A program made the position numbers and the translations under genes. From positions 1 through 39,307 of the forward strand of contig NIVC01004652.1 in NCBI GenBank assembly GCA_002269645.1: DNA of 39,307 nt, written 5' to 3'. How positions within the stretch are numbered: the first letter of the stretch is position 1; each line of letters begins with the position of its first letter. The notes under the pieces are model-generated. The model did not search any database. It saw only the letters and a list, made by a program, of their open reading frames with translations, and was not told where the DNA came from. Of this stretch, positions 34,635-39,307 are shown piece by piece. The DNA is from Macrostomum lignano (lineage: Eukaryota).

Positions 34635-35228
34635 ATGATTGCACTGCTGTCATCAATGATTGCACTGCTGTCATCAATGATTGCACTGCTGTCATCAATG
34701 ATTGCACTGTTGTCATCAATGATTGCACTGTTGTCATCGATGATTCCACTGTTGTCATCAATGATTGCAATGCTGTCATCGATGATTGCACTGCTGTCAT
34801 CTATGATTGGACTGCTGTTATCAATGATTGCACTGTTGTCATCAATGATTGCACTGTTGTCATCGATGATTCCACTGTTGTCATCAATGATTGCGATGCT
34901 GTCATCGATGATTGCACTGCTGTCATCTATGATTGGACTGCTGTTATCAATGATTGCACTGTTGTCATCAATGATTGCACTGTTGTCATCGATGATTCCA
35001 CTGTTGTCATCAATGATTGCAATGCTGTCATCAATGATTTCACTATTGTCATCAATGATTGCAATGCTGTCATCGATGATTGCACTGCTGTCATCTATGA
35101 TTGGACTGCTGTTATCAATGATTGCAATGCTGTCATCAATGATTTCACTATTGTCATCAATGATTTCACTATTGTCATCAATGATTGCACTGCTGTCATC
35201 AATGATTGCACTGCTGTCATCTATGATG
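34635..35228. repeat. 21-bp minisatellite (ATGATTGCACTGCTGTCATCA), about 28 copies, with a 6-unit (126-bp) higher-order period
   Basis: Variant units recur at positions 6/12/18 and 9/15. Confidence 0.95.
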
Positions 35229-36143
35229 GCAGCGCTATGAGACGGCACGTTGCAAAAATTTAATCAATTATTTTAGCCCACAATACTAAAATGACTGGTG
35301 TATATTTAGTTAGGTATGCGATTGATTTCAGAAAAAAAGCTCAAACGATTTTCCTGTAACTTAAAATGCTACCAAAACAGTTTAAACAAAACTCATAGCA
35401 AAAGCGTTTTCGAACGTTTAAATGTTGCTTTACTTAAGTCTTAGTAGTTGAAAGTCAAAGAATGCAGGTATTGTGGTCAGAGAAGCAGGTATATGAAGGC
35501 GCTTTGCTTTGCTTTTTTGGAGAAGGCAGACTTGCACAATGGCCGGTTTTTAACCAAGCTTAAACATCGCACGACTACGCAGGAATGAAAAGCTTTAGAA
35601 TGCTTGAAATTTATGTCAACAAGTCTATTCACAAAGAAGTCGCCAGAGAAGAGAAATAAAATATGAAATGAAATTCTGGCGCACTGCGAGCCACAATGCT
35701 CAGCGCTGGCTATTTTAGTTTATTGCCAAGAGAAACAACATAAAGCCTGGCAATTGCATTCTCAGCCGAGCTGCCCCCTCAATATGGTTGCTATGGCCTT
35801 AAAGTCATGCCTAGCAGCAGGGGTTTGCAGATCACGCCACCCGAGAGACTGTGCTCTCCTGCCCTGCTCAAACTCTGCGCGCGGCTCACGCCATGGCGCG
35901 ACCGTCGCCGCCATGTTACACCGGACGCCCCCCTGGCACAGCGCAGCGAAAGCAAGCAACCCCCCCCCCCAGTCAGTTTGCCATTGGCACACATCTCGCA
36001 CCCCGCCGCAGTGAGGTGGGCTTGGATCAGGGCGTCTCCGCCGTTGAATATTTAATGCTCCGTGTGCCCAGCCCAGTTCTCACACAAGCCCCGAATTAAC
36101 TATCGCGAACTGACCAGTGAGCTGAACTCGAACAGACCGAAAG

Positions 36144-36566
36144 ATGGGAGGAGAGTTTCAGAATGGACTTTGCGGCTGCTTCAATGACTGCGGTAAGTTG
36201 ATTCACACTTGCAGTTCCAGCTAAAACCACAAGTTCCTCACCGTGCGACACTGGACCAATGCACTGCCTTTGAAATTATCCGCAGGTCTGTGCGTGATCA
36301 CCTATTTTGTCCCCTGCTACACCTTCGGCAAGAACGCCGAAGCGGTCGGGCAGAGCTGCGTACTATGCGGCTTGGGCATGTTCTTCGGCTTCGCCATCTG
36401 CCTGGGCCCGTTCATCCGCGGCAAAATCCGCGAGAAGCAGGGCATCGACGGCAGCTGCTGCGGAGACGTGCTGACCTGGTGGTTCTGCTCGTTCTGCGCC
36501 CTGATGCAGGAGGCCCAGGAGGTCAAGGGTCTCAGTCCTAGCGGGGCTGCTATCGAGAGAGAATGA
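36144..36566 (+). CDS. PLAC8/cornifelin-family Cys-rich protein, 109 aa; exons 36144-36192 and 36286-36566
   Basis: MGGEFQNGLCGCFNDCGLCVITYFVPCYTFGKNAE...RGKIREKQGIDGSCCGDVLTWWFCSFCALMQEAQE is the PLAC8 signature. The intron is phase 1, G|GTAAGT...CCGCAG|GT. Confidence 0.93.
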
Positions 36567-37664
36567 AAGCTGCGACTGACTACGCACCATCACGAACTAC
36601 CCACGCTGGTTATCGTATAAACGACACTAATGTAGCACTTTAGTTTGAAACATGACCCGTTAATCTCTTTTTTCTCGCTCCCTCAAGCAGGCTTTTTTTC
36701 CCAGCTGAAAAAAATCAATGACTTATTTGTTCGATTTTAAATAAACGAGTTTTATAACAGTGCATCTATAGTAAGCATACTATGAAGTAGAAAAGTACGA
36801 TTGCAACAACGGTGTGCATGTGTTCAAGCGAATTTGCGACAGCAATGCGGTGGGCTAAAACTGAACTGTGATAAAGTATTGTGCAGAACTTTAAACAAAA
36901 GATTGCATGCTGAGCAGATCTGCTCAAACAGACAGACTCTTGGGCGTATCGTAGGAAATTCTAATTAAAATTCTTTCCAAGCTGCATCTGGTTCGAGACT
37001 GTGTGCCTCTCTTTGTCTTGCTGGTTCGTTTACTCAGAGAGCAGCGTTTAAACAATCTAAGGCTTCTTTTAAAGCCGTCCTATTTTGTAGAGCGTCTTTC
37101 AAAAAACTTACAAAAGTTTTAGTCTTATCTACTACTAAAAGTATTGAGATTGAATGGCCAAGGCGGACAAGGTGCTTCCGGAGCTATACATGCTGAAATG
37201 TTTGGCCTCAGAAAGTATAGTTACCAGGAACGCACCAGAAAGACAGCTGGGGACTTTGGACTGGGATGAGGGAGTGTTTCCACTGTACAATGCATTTCGC
37301 TTCACTGCCCTCGAATTTTCAGCTGCGTCCCACACAGAGTCAGGCCCGGCCCCGTGTGAACCAGAATCTGAAAGAACATTGAGGGATGAGGGAAAGGGAG
37401 GGTTCAGTCCCGAGGTTTGAATGCGGCTAATATCTTTTACTGCAGGAAAGGCTTGGAACCTTTCGATCCTGCACAAACAAGAGGGATGGGATGAGGGGTG
37501 AACCAGGCGGAACACTAGAGACCCAGGTACCTGACCTAACGGAAGAATCTGTAGACTGAAGCAAATAAGAGGCTGCAATTCCTTGGCTCGATCCATTGGC
37601 AAGACAGTATTACAGTTTGAAAAATTGAAAAAGGTGCGATTGATTGACAAACAGCAAGAAAGCA

Positions 37665-39307
37665 ATGCCGACAGTTCGCAGTGTTGTCAGGAACTTCCAC
37701 GAGTATGGTCACAGAACGTCAATGCACGGTCTGGGCCATATGTACCAGAGCGGCGATCTGTGCCGGAAGGCGTTCTGGTTCGTGCTGACCATTGCGGGAA
37801 CCTGCGCCTGCTTCTTCCACGTGATCATGACGGTGCAGAACTACTTGGAGACGCCGGTCACCTCCATTCTGATTGATGACGCAGCGATGGCCGAGTTCCC
37901 GGATGTGACCCTGTGCAACTTGAAGCCGATGTCCGAGTCGCTGGGCGAGTACTACAAGGATGTGGTGCACCAGCACTTTGAAGACAATTGGGGCTTCTTT
38001 GAGCAGTGGTGGCCTAATGAGAGAAAACGGCAGGTTAATGAGTCCCGAGTTGACTATCAGCGAAGACTTAGGAAAATATTTGAGCGCTACCTGCAGATAT
38101 TCTGGGTGTCGGACGACAGCCGAGACCTCGGCATGATGGACAAGGTGATGCTGCTGCACTGCTCCTTCAATGGAATTCCGTGCGGCCACAAGAACTTCAG
38201 TCTGGTGCAGAACTACCGGTACTGGAACTGCTACACGTTCAGTCCGTCGCCGCAATTCAGATTTGCAAGCAGCGGTCACACTGAGGACACGGGCTTGAAT
38301 CTGATTCTGTACACGGATAGCAACTTTCACGAGTCAATCTACGACCAATTCGCTGCTTATAGTCGACAAAAGTTTGACGAAGAAGAGATGACGCATCCCT
38401 ATTCGCTAAAGGAGTACATTACGACAGGTGGACGCACTTTCAATAGAATTCTTTCAGGCGGGCGGTACGACATTGAAGGCATTAGAATCTGGCTGCACAT
38501 GAGAGTTGATCATCCCATGATGTGTAAGTTTTAATCTGATTTACTGTGTGAAACGCCTGTATTAATATGCAAGTAAATACACGCATGCGTGCCATGCCAT
38601 TTTATTTCCAGCCTCGATATACAACGACGTTCAAAACGGCAAGTCGGCTTTGGTTCACGTGGATCAGATGCAATACGTGACTCTGAACCAGCCAGGCGAG
38701 CGGCAATGCACCAATGATCCGCAGGAGATCATTGAGTACACAACCAGCTTCGGTCACAACCCCAGCACCGAGAGGAAGCGCCGGTACACCAAAACCGACA
38801 GAGAATTCGCGGTGGAGGCGAAGCAGCAATTCGTGTTCGATAACTGCGGCTGTTATTCGCATCATTTCCCTTTCCACGTCAATCTGACGCAGCTCTGCTA
38901 TTTCGTGCCGCTGGCGCTCAGGCGACACCGAGCAAGAAGCTGCTGGACCGCGTAGCTTGCCACGACGAACACCTGCGCATAGCTGAAGAGAACTCGTACA
39001 ATTTTATCCAGGACTACCTCAAGTACAAGCCCTGTGAGTACAGGAAGTTCACCACATTCAAGACCATCAGCACATGGCCTAGAAGCGATGAGCACATCGA
39101 CTTTGTGAACGAGTTCCTCATCCCCAAGATGCAGAGCGCAAGGAGTTCATCGGCAAAGGAGACGCTCACGTGCATCACATTTTCAATTTTACCAATGAAA
39201 ACTCTGCCGCGTTATTAAATAACCGATCTTGAGCCACGAGGAGCTGGCACTGAGTCGACTGCTCAACCAGGATTGTCATCCGAACAAGAGTGCGGAGGAC
39301 TCAATCC
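37665..39307 (+). CDS. DEG/ENaC (amiloride-sensitive) channel subunit, partial; exons 37665-38523 and 38612 to beyond the window end; apparent frameshifts at about 38908, 39135 and 39223
   Basis: TSMHGL (pre-TM1 HG motif), TM1 FWFVLTIAGTCACFFHV, FPDVTLCN, YWNCYTF, GLNLIL, GIRIWLH, CGC, and PCEY...STWP in the shifted frame. Phase-1 intron T|GTAAGT...TTTCCAG|CC. Confidence 0.9.

Noticed and set aside
34613-35248. ATG-initiated 211-aa IIDDSSA repeat protein (and MIALLSS on the other strand)
   Set aside because: A 21-bp unit is open on both strands by chance. There are no flanking exons or domains, so it needs transcript evidence.
37135-37665. ORFs upstream of the DEG/ENaC gene (88 aa on +, 176 aa on -)
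   Set aside because: No recognisable motifs, and no consistent splice sites link them to neighbouring genes.
39033-39040. GTGAGT splice donor in the DEG/ENaC gene
   Set aside because: Reading through gives the conserved PCEY...STWP motif, so it is coding sequence.

Overview
This is eukaryotic (animal) genomic DNA. GC-rich spliced exons sit in AT-rich spacers, and roughly one third of the window is tandem minisatellite. That make-up is consistent with a flatworm such as Macrostomum, but this is inference and was not verified. Seven host genes can be reconstructed with GT-AG introns: a class A GPCR (-, runs off the left end, 1-nt frameshift), a claudin/PMP22-like tetraspan protein (-), an orphan secreted protein (+), a C3HC4 RING plus coiled-coil protein (-), a C2orf81/DUF4639-like protein (+), a PLAC8/cornifelin-family protein (+) and a DEG/ENaC channel subunit (+, runs off the right end, frameshifted). 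Mobile DNA comprises three copies of a tRNA-derived CORE (MIR-like) SINE and a full-length Ty3/Gypsy LTR retrotransposon. The Gypsy element (27523-32207) has identical 225-bp LTRs, a GAACA target-site duplication and a gag-pol frame broken only by one in-frame TAA. It is nested in one arm of a TA-flanked, palindromic Tc1/mariner derivative (27260-33142). Most long ORFs in the supplied track are artefacts of stop-free repeats. The most unusual signal is that several minisatellites are amplified functional cis-elements: a Pol III A-box (about 56 copies), Pol III B-boxes (about 30), a complete branchpoint plus 3' splice site (6 copies) and a transposon TA junction (18 copies).
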